The notes under the pieces were generated by a model. The model was not told the origin of the DNA. It made no database searches and saw only the letters and a program-made list of their open reading frames with translations. A program made the position numbers and the translations under genes. Of a DNA stretch of 64,000 bases, positions 46,877-57,618 are shown piece after piece (the first letter of the stretch is position 1; every line of letters starts with the position of its first letter). The DNA is from Candidatus Magasanikiibacteriota bacterium (GTDB lineage: Bacteria > Patescibacteriota > Patescibacteriia > Magasanikbacterales > GWA2-37-8). The stretch is taken from the NCBI GenBank assembly GCA_943359595.1, contig CALRIA010000001.1:11654-75653 (forward strand), written 5' to 3'.

Positions 46877-47599
46877 ATGATATCCATTGTTATTTCAGCT
46901 TATAATTCCGACCGTCATATCAATAATTTTTTTATTCGTCTTTTAAAAGTTGCCGAAGCTCTTATTAATAAAAGTGTTAGTTTTGAAGTAATTATAGTAT
47001 TTAATAGTCCAACACAAAACGAACTTAGATCTATAAAAAAATTTGGTGGTAAGCCTTGGTTTAAATATGTTACGGTTGACAGAGAAACCGTTTTTGCTAG
47101 TTGGAATCGCGGTGTGAATATGGCCAAGGGTGAAGCCATCGCTTTTTGGAATGTTGATGATATAAGATTTGCTGACGCAATTATCGATGGTTCAGATTTA
47201 ATCAAAGCTGGTGCTGATTTAGTTTATTTCCCTTTTTACATTGTGTGGTTTTTGAAGTTTGGACCAATTTTTTTACCTGTAAAATATAAGCATATTTTGC
47301 CGCCAATATATAGCAAGAAAGAATTCACCAGGTCAATGCACTGCGGTCCATTTTTTATGATTAGTAAGGAATTTTTTAATCAAGTCGGGCTTTTTGACGA
47401 ACAATTTAATATTTCTGGTGATTTTGATTGGTGTGTAAGAGCGTCCATTAAATCTGAAAAATTTATTTTATCAAAAAAGAATGCTGGGATTTTTAGAGTT
47501 GATGGCAGTGGCTTGAGTGCTAGAACAAAAAAGAACCTTGTTGCTGAGAATAATATTGTTTGCAAGCGGTATAATATTATGGATAAAATTATCAATTAG
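46877..47599 (+). CDS. Glycosyltransferase family 2
   Basis: SIVISAYN, WNRG, WNVDD, FDEQF...DFDW. Confidence 0.85.
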   Translation: MISIVISAYNSDRHINNFFIRLLKVAEALINKSVSFEVIIVFNSPTQNELRSIKKFGGKPWFKYVTVDRETVFASWNRGVNMAKGEAIAFWNVDDIRFADAIIDGSDLIKAGADLVYFPFYIVWFLKFGPIFLPVKYKHILPPIYSKKEFTRSMHCGPFFMISKEFFNQVGLFDEQFNISGDFDWCVRASIKSEKFILSKKNAGIFRVDGSGLSARTKKNLVAENNIVCKRYNIMDKIIN

Positions 47600-47600
47600 T

Positions 47601-48566
47601 ATGTTATTGGTTATTCTGACTAAGTCAATTCAAGGTTTTAATATTTTTTCGATTAGTGGGATTTTAGATATAATTAAACGATATGCTAGATATTGGCTAG
47701 GTAAATATCGTGGGCCACAAGCAGTAACTAGTAGTTTAATTTCAGGTCTTAAAGAGCTTAAGGTTGATTTTAAATTGAACCCTAAAACAAAAGAGATAGA
47801 TAGCAATGCGATTATATATATAAATGAAAGTGCTGAGGCGCTACGCTACGCCATTGGTTTAAAGAAACAAGGAAAAATAAATAAAATTGTTGCTGGTCCG
47901 GTTATCTCGATTTTACCTGAGACAGAAGGCGGTATTATGCTTGATCCAAATATTGATTTATTTTTAGTTCCGTCTGATTGGACTAAAGATTTCTGGTTAT
48001 CATGTGCGCCGCAGTTGGTTAATAAAATTGTGGTCTGGGCGGCAGGAATCGAGAATGTTTATGGCAACAAGAAAAAAAGAGATTTAGTTTTAGTATATTA
48101 TAAAAATGGGCCTAAAGCCCAGCTTAATTATATAGTAAATTTTTTAAAGTCAAAAAGTATTAAATGCAAGGTGGTTTATTATGGTCATTATAAAAAGAAA
48201 GATTATTATGCCATGTTAGATGATTCTTATTGTATGATTTATTTATCAGAATCAGAAAGTCAGGGGTTATCATTATGTGAATCGTGGATGCATGATGTGC
48301 CAACATTGGTGTGGAATAGGGGTTTTTGGAAGTATTGCGGTCATCAATGGTTTAATGATAAAATAAGTGCGCCATACTTAACAAATGAATGTGGCATGTT
48401 TTTTTCTGGATTAGAAGATTTTGGTATTAAATGGCAAAAATTCAATATTAAAATCAATACCTATAAATCACGAGATTACGCCCTTAAAAATTTTACTAAT
48501 AAATTATCAGCCAAAAAGTTTATTGATTTAATCAAAATATGTTTTCCAAATATTTCCTCCGTTTAA
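47601..48566 (+). CDS. GT-B fold glycosyltransferase-like protein
   Basis: LVPSDW, SESQGLSLCESW..DVPTLV resembles the GT4 E-x7-E motif. Confidence 0.65.
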   Translation: MLLVILTKSIQGFNIFSISGILDIIKRYARYWLGKYRGPQAVTSSLISGLKELKVDFKLNPKTKEIDSNAIIYINESAEALRYAIGLKKQGKINKIVAGPVISILPETEGGIMLDPNIDLFLVPSDWTKDFWLSCAPQLVNKIVVWAAGIENVYGNKKKRDLVLVYYKNGPKAQLNYIVNFLKSKSIKCKVVYYGHYKKKDYYAMLDDSYCMIYLSESESQGLSLCESWMHDVPTLVWNRGFWKYCGHQWFNDKISAPYLTNECGMFFSGLEDFGIKWQKFNIKINTYKSRDYALKNFTNKLSAKKFIDLIKICFPNISSV

Positions 48567-49237
48567 GTAGACCTTTCAACCTTTTACGTAGCTTTAGTTT
48601 TTTTAAACAGTTTATTGGTCCAAATAAGTTGTTCTTTGATATTGGAGCAAATGTTGGTAATCGTACCAGAATCTTTACTAAATTAGGGGTAAAAGTGATA
48701 GCCGTTGAACCGCAACCTGATTGTGCGAATGTGCTAGAAAAAGAATTTTTAGGCCGTGATGTTATTTTAGTACGTAAGGGAGTAGGCCGGGAAATGGGTG
48801 TAATGAAAATGAGTATTTGTGATACCGAAAATGGCCTTTCTACTTTTTCAGATAAGTGGAAAACTGGACGTTTTAAAGATTTTAAGTTTGATCGGGAGAT
48901 TTCTGTGCCAATGACTACGCTTGATGAATTAATTAACCAGTTTGGTCAGCCAGATTTTTGCAAGGTTGATGTTGAAGGGTTTGAACTTGAGGTTTTTAGT
49001 GGTTTAACAAAAAAAATAGGTTGTGTTAATTTTGAATTTACTAGTGAATTTTTTGATAATGCTAAAAAATGTATTGCAAGATTAATATTAATTGGATTTA
49101 AAGAATTTAATTTTACACTTGGAGAAAGGCCTCAGTTTGTTCTAAATAGTTGGAAAAATCAAGAAGAGCTATTGGTGGAGTTAAATAAGCGGTTGAAAAA
49201 AAATAATGATTTGTGGGGAGATATTTACGCTAGGTAA
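48539..49237 (+). CDS. FkbM-family methyltransferase
   Basis: FDIGANVG, AVEPQ, TLDELI, KVDVEGFE. Confidence 0.92.
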   Translation: MFSKYFLRLSRPFNLLRSFSFFKQFIGPNKLFFDIGANVGNRTRIFTKLGVKVIAVEPQPDCANVLEKEFLGRDVILVRKGVGREMGVMKMSICDTENGLSTFSDKWKTGRFKDFKFDREISVPMTTLDELINQFGQPDFCKVDVEGFELEVFSGLTKKIGCVNFEFTSEFFDNAKKCIARLILIGFKEFNFTLGERPQFVLNSWKNQEELLVELNKRLKKNNDLWGDIYAR

Positions 49238-49260
49238 TTTATAATTTTAATATTTATTAT

Positions 49261-49854
49261 ATGAAGATACATCTTGGTTGTGGTGGAACTTATTTAGAAG
49301 GTTATGTGAATATTGATTTTCCACCAGACAGTAAAACTATCATGAGTGTTAAAGCTGATATTTATACAGATATTAATACTTTGGAATATCCTGATAATTC
49401 ATTAGACGAAATAAGAAGCCACCACCTTTTTGAGCATTTCAATCGTGTTGATGCGTTAAAATTACTGGCTAAATGGCGCCGTTGGCTAAAACCAAGTGGT
49501 AGATTGGTTATTGAGACTCCTGACTACTTTTGGTCTAGTGTTTTGTTGCCGTTAGTACCATTTTTTTTCAAAATGCGATTAGGGCGGCATCTATTTGGTA
49601 CTCAGGAAGCGGGTTGGGCCAATCATCTAGATTTTTGGGACAAAGGAAAATTTAAACGAGTGTTAAAATTATTTGGATTCAATAAAATGAAGTTTTCTCA
49701 CCCGCTTTATCGTAATTTTATGCCAAATATTAAAGTAATTTGTCAAAAAAACGATAAGGCTATAAACGATAAAGAGATTATTAGAGAAATATTGCAGTGG
49801 TATATTTTGCCCCTAGAGGATAAAGATAAATTTTTAAGTAATTGGTTAAATTAA
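49261..49854 (+). CDS. Class I SAM-dependent methyltransferase
   Basis: HLGCGG...GYVNID, HLFEH, LKPSGRL...PD. Confidence 0.87.
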   Translation: MKIHLGCGGTYLEGYVNIDFPPDSKTIMSVKADIYTDINTLEYPDNSLDEIRSHHLFEHFNRVDALKLLAKWRRWLKPSGRLVIETPDYFWSSVLLPLVPFFFKMRLGRHLFGTQEAGWANHLDFWDKGKFKRVLKLFGFNKMKFSHPLYRNFMPNIKVICQKNDKAINDKEIIREILQWYILPLEDKDKFLSNWLN

Positions 49855-49856
49855 TT

Positions 49857-51794
49857 ATGTTTTCACAATACTGGGTAGCATTTTTTTGGGGGATAATAGT
49901 ATTATTTTCATTCGTAGGCTACGGACGGTTACTTAATATTATTTTGTTGCCGAAGAAAAATTTTGATCTTGGCGTGTGGGCAGCCTTAGGTTTGAGTTTT
50001 TTCGTCACCGTAGGCGGCTTCTTAAATTTTGCCGGTGTTATTTCTTTGTTTTCTATTAGAATGTTTGTTGGTTTAGGGGTGTTGTTGTGTCTGATTTTTT
50101 GGTTAAAAAATTATCGTGCTTGGCCTTTGTTTTTTCGTCAAGCAATCGAGTATATTAAAAAAAATAAACTGTTCGTTTTCGTCGCTATTTTTGTATTGTT
50201 AATTATTTTGGTTCGCTACTGTTTTGCGGTGGCCTTCTTTAGTTTTCACGGCGCTGACGACCAACATGGTTATCTGGCTTTTCCTGCTAAAATGCTTCAA
50301 ACTGGATCTCTTGGTAATGATCCATTTAGCGAGCGTCGGGTAGAGTCATCTCTTGGTGGTCAGTATTTTTTACATACGATTATTTTGGCTTTGACTTCTT
50401 TCAAAAATTTACATTTAGCAGACAATGGTTTAGGTTTTTTGATATTGGTATTATTAATAGTCGGTTTTCTTCGAGAAAAAAAGATTTATCGTTATAGTAG
50501 TCTTGGGGTAGTTTTTTTGATGGCGATAGTCGTTTCACCGGTAGGTAATATCACCGCCGCTTATACTGCTGCTGCCATTTTTTTTCTTTTTTTTAGATTA
50601 TCATATTATATTATCGAGTCTAATAGTACATCAACTTGGCGTAATGCTTTGATAATTGCTCTACCCCTATCTACAATTTGTTCTCTGAAAAGCACTTTTA
50701 TTTCAGTATCGGTAATATTGTTTATGGGGCATTATTTCTTTTACTATCGTCGTCTTGGGGATTATCGATCTTTAGCTAAAGAATTTTGTTTAACAGTACT
50801 AGTTGTTTTTGCTTTTCTCTTACCGTGGATGTTGTCCATGTATGCATCTTCTGGGACGTTGCTCTATCCAATTTTTGGTAAAGGCTATCAGGGGACTGCA
50901 TATGGTGACTTTAAACATATTATTACTTTTGATTTGTATAGTTTATTGCGTTTGTGTTTTGTAATTTTTGAAAGCTTGATCACCCTCGTACCGTTGATAG
51001 TAATAGGATTTGTGATCTATGGCTTGATGGCGAGTAAAGAAAGAAATTTTCTGTTGTTAATCTTTTCCAGTTCTTTTTTTGGGGTACTAGCGTTAATTGT
51101 TTTACTTGGTGGTTATAGCTTATATTATTATAGTTTTCCGTATCTTTTGCCAAGTATTATGTTTGCTATAGTTTTGCTACTTTCTGGTGGCCTATCTTTT
51201 CGTAGTTGGGTTAATTTTGACGAAAAATTGGTTGGAATAATACTAGTTGTTTTCTTATTTGGTTCATTTTTACAGAGGAATTTGCCAATGTTTCAAGATG
51301 TAAAAGATAGTTTAAATATTGATAGTGGTAAAATTAAAATTGGCTTAATGAATTCAGACTTCGTGAGCGAAGGTGAATTGAACCAGTATAGTGCTTTACA
51401 ACAGTCTGTTCCAATAGGGGAAACTATTATTTCTCGATTAGATAGGAATTTTTTGTATGATTTTACACGTAACAATGTTTACGTTAATGATACTCCAGGA
51501 GGTTCTAGTTTGCCACCGGGAGTACCTTTAAAAAGTGGTAGCGAAGCGATGTCTGATTATTTTTTGTCGCATCATATTAAATACATCGCTTATTCCTACG
51601 GAAATGAGGCGAATTTTTCTCGAGGGTCAGTTTCTGGCATGCTTCTTGCCCATGTAAACCCTTTGTTGCGAGCTATAGCAGAAAATGGCTTGGCTTTCCA
51701 GGATTATACGGTGGAGTTAAGTAAGACCAGAAAAATAATTTATAATGATGGAAAAAATTTTGTTTTAGATATATCAATAAAAATAAAGAAATAA
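49857..51794 (+). CDS. Polytopic membrane protein, possibly GT-C glycosyltransferase
   Basis: ~13 TM; DD motif in first large loop (HGADDQHGYL); cluster context. Confidence 0.55.
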   Translation: MFSQYWVAFFWGIIVLFSFVGYGRLLNIILLPKKNFDLGVWAALGLSFFVTVGGFLNFAGVISLFSIRMFVGLGVLLCLIFWLKNYRAWPLFFRQAIEYIKKNKLFVFVAIFVLLIILVRYCFAVAFFSFHGADDQHGYLAFPAKMLQTGSLGNDPFSERRVESSLGGQYFLHTIILALTSFKNLHLADNGLGFLILVLLIVGFLREKKIYRYSSLGVVFLMAIVVSPVGNITAAYTAAAIFFLFFRLSYYIIESNSTSTWRNALIIALPLSTICSLKSTFISVSVILFMGHYFFYYRRLGDYRSLAKEFCLTVLVVFAFLLPWMLSMYASSGTLLYPIFGKGYQGTAYGDFKHIITFDLYSLLRLCFVIFESLITLVPLIVIGFVIYGLMASKERNFLLLIFSSSFFGVLALIVLLGGYSLYYYSFPYLLPSIMFAIVLLLSGGLSFRSWVNFDEKLVGIILVVFLFGSFLQRNLPMFQDVKDSLNIDSGKIKIGLMNSDFVSEGELNQYSALQQSVPIGETIISRLDRNFLYDFTRNNVYVNDTPGGSSLPPGVPLKSGSEAMSDYFLSHHIKYIAYSYGNEANFSRGSVSGMLLAHVNPLLRAIAENGLAFQDYTVELSKTRKIIYNDGKNFVLDISIKIKK

Positions 51795-51807
51795 ACACAA
51801 TATTATC

Positions 51808-51836
51808 TTGACAAACGATACCGCTTTAGATACCAT
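51808..51836 (+). promoter_or_regulatory. Internal sigma70 promoter with GATACC repeats
   Basis: TTGACA-N17-TACCAT; gatacc at 51817 and 51829. Confidence 0.55.
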
Positions 51837-51887
51837 ATCATGGTTATACACTCTTACATAATTTGTAATTAAAATTATAAAATAATT

Positions 51888-52859
51888 ATGAAAACAGCGA
51901 TTATTAGTGGGGTAACTGGACAAGATGGTTCATACTTGGCCGAACTGTTACTTTCTAAAGGATATGAAGTGCATGGAATAATGCGCAGACTTTCTTCTTT
52001 TGCATCGGGTAGAATTGATCATTTGGTTAATTCAAATCCTAATTTTCATACATATTATGGTGATTTATGTGATGGAACTTCGATAACCGGCATTATTTCA
52101 GACATTCAACCGGATGAATTTTACAATCTTGGAGCGATGTCTCATGTAAAGGTATCATTTGAAATTCCTCAATATACACTCGAAGCAAATGCAGTTGGGG
52201 TTCTTATAGTTCTTGAAGCTATTAGAAAGTTTTCTCCGCATACAAAGTTTTATCAGGCATCTAGTTCAGAAATGTTTGGAGTACCAGGAGTTCCTGCTCC
52301 ATACAATGAAAATACTCCTATGATTCCGCAGAGTCCATATGGAGTGGCCAAACTCGCTGCGTATCATCTCACAAGGCAGTATCGTGAAGGCTATGGTCTG
52401 TTTGCTACTACAGGAATATTGTTTAATCATGAATCACCACGTCGTGGTGGTACTTTCGTGACTAAAAAAATTTCTCAGGCTGTGGCGCGAATTAAAAATG
52501 GCATGCAAGATTCTTTGGTGTTGGGTAATTTGGATGCTAAGCGCGATTGGGGTTGGTCACCAGAGTTTGTGGAAGCAATTTATCTTATAATGCAACAAGA
52601 GAAGCCTGGGGTGTTTGTTGTCGCAACTGGAGAAACTCACACTATAAGAGAATTTGTCGAAGAAGCATTTTCTTATGTGGGTCTTGATTCGAAAGATTAT
52701 GTCAGGATAGATGATAAATACAAAAGACCAAACGAAGTTCCGTTGCTTATTGGTGACGCCTCATCATCAAAAAAAATAGGATGGGAACCAAAAATGAAAT
52801 TTCATGAGATAGTTCATGCGATGATAGACTATGATATGGAGCATTTAAATGATAAATGA
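51888..52859 (+). CDS. gmd: GDP-mannose 4,6-dehydratase (second copy)
   Basis: [42 protein letters not shown]. Confidence 0.93.
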   Translation: MKTAIISGVTGQDGSYLAELLLSKGYEVHGIMRRLSSFASGRIDHLVNSNPNFHTYYGDLCDGTSITGIISDIQPDEFYNLGAMSHVKVSFEIPQYTLEANAVGVLIVLEAIRKFSPHTKFYQASSSEMFGVPGVPAPYNENTPMIPQSPYGVAKLAAYHLTRQYREGYGLFATTGILFNHESPRRGGTFVTKKISQAVARIKNGMQDSLVLGNLDAKRDWGWSPEFVEAIYLIMQQEKPGVFVVATGETHTIREFVEEAFSYVGLDSKDYVRIDDKYKRPNEVPLLIGDASSSKKIGWEPKMKFHEIVHAMIDYDMEHLNDK

Positions 52860-53250
52860 AATGATAACTGAAATTAAATCAGAAAACAAAATTTTTGCTC
52901 TCGTTTTTGATCTTTCTTTTACAAAAGAAGGCACATTTCCAGTGACTGACCCTTCGTGGCCTATTCAAATACTTTTAATGAACCGAAAGCAGGGTCATGT
53001 TGTTGTAAAACACATGCATAAAAAAATCGAGAAAATTACAAAACAGCCACAAGAAGCAATTGTTGTTATAAAAGGCGAGATAGAAGCCAGCATTTTTGAT
53101 AGAAAGGGAAAAATTATTGCAAAAAAAAATATTTTGTCTGGTCAGTGTCTTCTTATAGTAGATGGAGCACACGAGGTGAAAATAATAAAAGATGCTTTGA
53201 TTTTTGCATTCAAGGATGGGCCATATGTAGATGATAAAATATTTTTATGA
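52849..53250 (+). CDS. Small cupin-fold protein
   Basis: HMH...QEAIVVIKG...GAHEV..KDGPY. Confidence 0.65.
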   Translation: MINEMITEIKSENKIFALVFDLSFTKEGTFPVTDPSWPIQILLMNRKQGHVVVKHMHKKIEKITKQPQEAIVVIKGEIEASIFDRKGKIIAKKNILSGQCLLIVDGAHEVKIIKDALIFAFKDGPYVDDKIFL

Positions 53251-54452
53251 AAGTTGTACAATGCCATTTATGCGCCTCAAAAAATCTCACAACGGTCCTT
53301 GACTTAGGATTTCATCCGTTGGCAGATTTTTTTATGAAAGAGAACCAACTCCAAGAGCCGGAAAGAAGATATCCTCTCGCTGTACTTCTTTGTCAAAATT
53401 GCGGACATGGGATGAATAGCTTTATTGTACCCGCAGAAGTTCGTTATCAAGAAAATGACTATAGTTATGATTCTGGTAATTCTAAAATTTCAGTACAACA
53501 TTTTACAGAAATGGCAGAAGAAGTGGTGAAGCGGGCAAATGTTAAAAAAGGTGATCTTGTAGTAGATATAGGTAGTAATATCGGGACACTTCTCAATGCG
53601 TTTAAAAATCTTGGATCAGAAATTCAAGGAGTTGATCCAGCACACAATATTGCTAAACTTGCCGAAAAAAATGGTATTCCAACTATAAACGATTTTTTTA
53701 ATGCCTCTTCTTGTGAAAAAATATTAAAAAAAGGGAAAGCAAAAGTTGTTACTATTACCAATGCTTTTAATCATATTTCTCCGCTCGATGAGTTCATGGA
53801 GTGTATTGTCTCTATTTTAGACAAAAACGGTAGTTTTATAATTGAACTTCCATATTTTCTAGAAATCATACGAAAGAAGCATTTTGATGTGATATATCTG
53901 GAACATGTATCTTATATTGCCATAAAACCGCTTGTCTCTTATTTCAAAAAATTTGGTCTTTCGATTACGCATGTTGAAGAAAACAATTACATGAGCGGAT
54001 CCATAAGAATTTTTGTAGGATATGGTCAAGAAAGTGAATTGGTAGAAAAACAAATTTCTCTGGAAGAAAAATCCGGTCTTTATAATTTAGCTATTTGGAA
54101 TACATTTAGAGAGAATGTAAAAAAATGCAAAATTAATTTATTAAAGGAATTAGTAAACGTACGAGTTGATGGAGGAAAAATAGTTGCTATCGGTGCGGCA
54201 GCCAAGGGTAACACTCTTCTAAATTATTGTGGAATTGACACTACTATTATTGATTTTGCAACGGATGCCTCACCTCTCAAAATCGGCAAATATACCCCAG
54301 GCTCGCATTTACCAATTCTTTCTGACGATGCTATAGATAGAAGTGTTACCCACGCATTAATACTCGCCTGGAATATTGCGGACTTTTTAAAGGCAAAAAT
54401 TTCGCCAAAATTTCCTCATCTTAAATTTATCACCCTACATATTATAGAATAA
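53247..54452 (+). CDS. NDP-hexose C-methyltransferase (Zn-binding, TylCIII/EryBIII-like)
   Basis: CxxC...LDLG..PLAD...CxxC, DIGSN.GTLL, IYLEHVSY, GAAAKGNTLLNYCG, KIGKYTPGSHLPI, LAWN. Confidence 0.9.
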   Translation: MKVVQCHLCASKNLTTVLDLGFHPLADFFMKENQLQEPERRYPLAVLLCQNCGHGMNSFIVPAEVRYQENDYSYDSGNSKISVQHFTEMAEEVVKRANVKKGDLVVDIGSNIGTLLNAFKNLGSEIQGVDPAHNIAKLAEKNGIPTINDFFNASSCEKILKKGKAKVVTITNAFNHISPLDEFMECIVSILDKNGSFIIELPYFLEIIRKKHFDVIYLEHVSYIAIKPLVSYFKKFGLSITHVEENNYMSGSIRIFVGYGQESELVEKQISLEEKSGLYNLAIWNTFRENVKKCKINLLKELVNVRVDGGKIVAIGAAAKGNTLLNYCGIDTTIIDFATDASPLKIGKYTPGSHLPILSDDAIDRSVTHALILAWNIADFLKAKISPKFPHLKFITLHIIE

Positions 54453-54479
54453 TAATTAATAAGGATAAAAATTTATTTT

Positions 54480-54929
54480 ATGAAAAGACAAAAAAGGAAA
54501 GTAGATTTTAAGGATAGGCGAGGTACTATTATGGACATCTTCGTAAAAGAGCCCTATGAGCATTGCGTTATTATCTACTCCAACAAGGGGGCGGTTCGTG
54601 GTAGTCATTTTCATAAACGTTCGGAGCAGTCAGATTTTATGCTTTTTGGTAAAATGATGGCTTATAGTAGAAAACAGGGAAGTAAAAAAATAGAAAAGTT
54701 TGTCGTTTCTCAAAATGATTTTACCACTTGGGATAAAGGGGAAGCACATGAATTTATCGCCCTTGAAAAATGTGCCTTTTTAAGCTTTGTAAATGGCCCG
54801 CGCGGAGGTGATCAATACGAAAGCGATACATATCGCCTTAAAATTCCTCTTCACGAACAATTGAAAAAAAAGATAACCGATTGGACTTTGTTGGAAGCCG
54901 GAAAATTTAGCCAAGTAGTTTTAAAATAA
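54480..54929 (+). CDS. Cupin-fold sugar isomerase/epimerase
   Basis: DRRG, GAVRGSHFH, AHEF. Confidence 0.72.
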   Translation: MKRQKRKVDFKDRRGTIMDIFVKEPYEHCVIIYSNKGAVRGSHFHKRSEQSDFMLFGKMMAYSRKQGSKKIEKFVVSQNDFTTWDKGEAHEFIALEKCAFLSFVNGPRGGDQYESDTYRLKIPLHEQLKKKITDWTLLEAGKFSQVVLK

Positions 54930-54931
54930 TT

Positions 54932-55615
54932 ATGCCCTCAATAGCTGTAATTGGCTCAAATGGATATGTTGGGATCGCATTCTACCAAGAGCTACTCAGT
55001 TCTTCAAAGTATTCTGTTGTCGGGGTCACAAGAGAAAATTATTCTGCTATGAAGGAGCGGGATTTTGATATAATCATCAATTGTGCAATGCCGTCTGCTC
55101 GTTTTTGGGCAAAGAATCATCCGGGAGAAGACTTCGTTGAAACAGTAAAAAAGACAGCAGATTTATTATATGGATGGAAATTTAAAAAATTCGTACAAAT
55201 AAGTAGTGTCTCAGCTCGCTGCCAACTGGATACGATTTACGGAAGACACAAGGCTGCAGCAGAGTCACTTTGTAATTTTAGTAATAATTTAATTGTTCGT
55301 CTTGGAGCACTTTACGGTGAAAATATGAAGAAGGGTGTGCTCGTTGATATCTTAGAAGGTAAAAAAGTTTTTGTGGATAAAATGAGTCGTTATTCTTTTA
55401 TTTCAGTTTCGTTTTGTGCTTCTTGGGTAATATCAAATCTAGATCGTCAGGGTGTTGTTGAATTAGGCGGAAAGAATGCAATTACTTTAGAATGTGTTGC
55501 TAAACACATTGAAGCAGATGTGGAATTCGAGGGAGAAATAAATCATCAAGATATTGAAAATACAGATGAAAATCTTCCAGAAGCTGCATGCGTTATAGAT
55601 TTTATTAATAAATAA
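54932..55615 (+). CDS. NAD-dependent epimerase/reductase (short SDR)
   Basis: IGSNGYVG, ISS, YGRHK, RLGALYG. Confidence 0.8.
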   Translation: MPSIAVIGSNGYVGIAFYQELLSSSKYSVVGVTRENYSAMKERDFDIIINCAMPSARFWAKNHPGEDFVETVKKTADLLYGWKFKKFVQISSVSARCQLDTIYGRHKAAAESLCNFSNNLIVRLGALYGENMKKGVLVDILEGKKVFVDKMSRYSFISVSFCASWVISNLDRQGVVELGGKNAITLECVAKHIEADVEFEGEINHQDIENTDENLPEAACVIDFINK

Positions 55616-55698
55616 AATTGGTTTATCTTTTAGTGATAGTTTTGAAAAAATAATAAAAATATACTTTAACCCGATTTATAACGAATATTAGTAGTTAT

Positions 55699-56592
55699 AT
55701 GGGAAAAAATAAAACAATTTTATTAACCGGTAGCACAGGATATCTAGGTAGTAATATTTTAAAAGTATTGCTTAGTAAAGGGTATGAAGTAAAAATATTA
55801 AAGAGATCCTTTAGTAATACTTTTAGAATTAATCAATATTTGGGGCACATAGTTGCTTATGACGTTGATAAAATTGAGTTTAGAGATATCTTTATTAATA
55901 ATAAAATAGATATTATTTTGCATTGCGCAACCGATTATGGTCGTAAAAATTCTAATTCAATTCAAATTATTGAAGCTAATTTGCTACTTCCGCTGAGGTT
56001 ATTAGATTTAGGTAGGGAATATGGCGTAAAATGTTTTATTAATACAGATACTATTTTAGATAAAAGAATTAGTAATTACTCTTTATCAAAAAAACAATTT
56101 AACGATTGGCTGGTTAGCTATAAAAATGATCTAATTTGTGTTAATATTGCTTTAGAGCATTTCTATGGTCCTGGTGACGATAAGACAAAGTTCGTTTCAT
56201 ATATATTGCGTAATTTAATTCTAAAGTCGGATAAGATCGATCTTACTATGGGAGAACAGAGAAGAGATTTTATTTATATTGACGATGTAGTGGATGCTTT
56301 TATGTTAATCTTAGAAAATGTGGATAAATATAGTAATAAGTTTTATAATTTTGAAATAGGCAGCAAAGAAACACGATCAATTAAAGAACTCGTCGAATTA
56401 ATGAAAAACATGCTCAACAATACTAAAACTATTTTGAATTTTGGGGTGTTACCCTATAGAGATAACGAAGTGATGGAGTGTGTCGTGGACACATCAGAAA
56501 TAACAAAGCTAGGTTGGTCTAGTAAATATTCTCTTGAAGAAGGTCTTAAAAAAACAATTGATTTTGAATTGGTAAATACTAACAATCTTTAG
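55699..56592 (+). CDS. rfbS: CDP-paratose synthase-like 4-reductase (RfbS/RfbJ family)
   Basis: [35 protein letters not shown]; adjacent to tyvelose epimerase. Confidence 0.72.
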   Translation: MGKNKTILLTGSTGYLGSNILKVLLSKGYEVKILKRSFSNTFRINQYLGHIVAYDVDKIEFRDIFINNKIDIILHCATDYGRKNSNSIQIIEANLLLPLRLLDLGREYGVKCFINTDTILDKRISNYSLSKKQFNDWLVSYKNDLICVNIALEHFYGPGDDKTKFVSYILRNLILKSDKIDLTMGEQRRDFIYIDDVVDAFMLILENVDKYSNKFYNFEIGSKETRSIKELVELMKNMLNNTKTILNFGVLPYRDNEVMECVVDTSEITKLGWSSKYSLEEGLKKTIDFELVNTNNL

Positions 56593-56593
56593 T

Positions 56594-57613
56594 ATGAAAT
56601 ATCTGATAACTGGAGGGTGTGGTTTCTTGGGTTCCAACTTGGCTTGTGAAATAATTAAAGCCGGTGATGATTTGGTAATTTTTGATGATCTTTCTCGTCT
56701 TGGTTCGAAAGAAAATTTATTATGGTTAGAAAGTTTAGGAACATTTACGTTTGTTAAAGCTGATATAAGAAATTACAATGATGTGGAAAAGATGATAATT
56801 TCAGTAAAACCAGATACAATTTTTCATTTGGCTGGCCAGGTAGCAATGACAACATCATTACAAAATCCGAAATTAGATTTTGAAATAAATGCTTTAGGGA
56901 CTTTTAATTTACTGGACGCTGTTAGAAAATATTCTCCAGATTCGACTATTATTTATTCTTCAACCAATAAAGTCTACGGTGATTTAGAATGGTTAGGTTA
57001 TGAAGAAAAAGAAAAAAGATACGAAATTAAAGATTTTCCGGTTGGTTTGCCTGAATCAATTCCGCTTAATTTTACTTCTCCTTATGGATGTTCTAAAGGA
57101 GCGGCTGATCAATATGTATTAGATTTTTCACGTGTTTTTGGTTTAAAAACTATCGTATTTAGACATTCTTCAATGTATGGCGGAAGACAATTTTCAACTG
57201 CTGATCAAGGTTGGATAGGTTGGTTTTGTGAGCAGGCTTTAAATACTCTGAAAAACAAACAATTACCACTTTTTACAATCTCAGGTAATGGTAAACAAGT
57301 CAGAGATGTTCTCTATGCTGATGATATGGTGAATTTATATCTGTCTGCTGCAAAAAAGGCGGATGCTTTAAAAGGAGAAGTTTTTAATATTGGCGGAGGA
57401 GTAGCCAATAGCCTTTCTTTATTAGAATTGTTTGATATCTTAGAAAGTGAATTAAGTGTAAAATTAAAATTTATTAATTTACCACCCAGATTCAGTGACC
57501 AAAAAGTTTTCATTGCAGATATTAGAAAAGCGAAAAAACTAATTGGCTGGAGTCCTAAAATTGATGCACATGCTGGCATAAAAAAAATGATAGAATGGAT
57601 TACTAAAAAATAG
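56594..57613 (+). CDS. rfbE: CDP-paratose 2-epimerase (CDP-tyvelose synthesis)
   Basis: [64 protein letters not shown]. Confidence 0.92.
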   Translation: MKYLITGGCGFLGSNLACEIIKAGDDLVIFDDLSRLGSKENLLWLESLGTFTFVKADIRNYNDVEKMIISVKPDTIFHLAGQVAMTTSLQNPKLDFEINALGTFNLLDAVRKYSPDSTIIYSSTNKVYGDLEWLGYEEKEKRYEIKDFPVGLPESIPLNFTSPYGCSKGAADQYVLDFSRVFGLKTIVFRHSSMYGGRQFSTADQGWIGWFCEQALNTLKNKQLPLFTISGNGKQVRDVLYADDMVNLYLSAAKKADALKGEVFNIGGGVANSLSLLELFDILESELSVKLKFINLPPRFSDQKVFIADIRKAKKLIGWSPKIDAHAGIKKMIEWITKK

Positions 57614-57618
57614 TGTAT

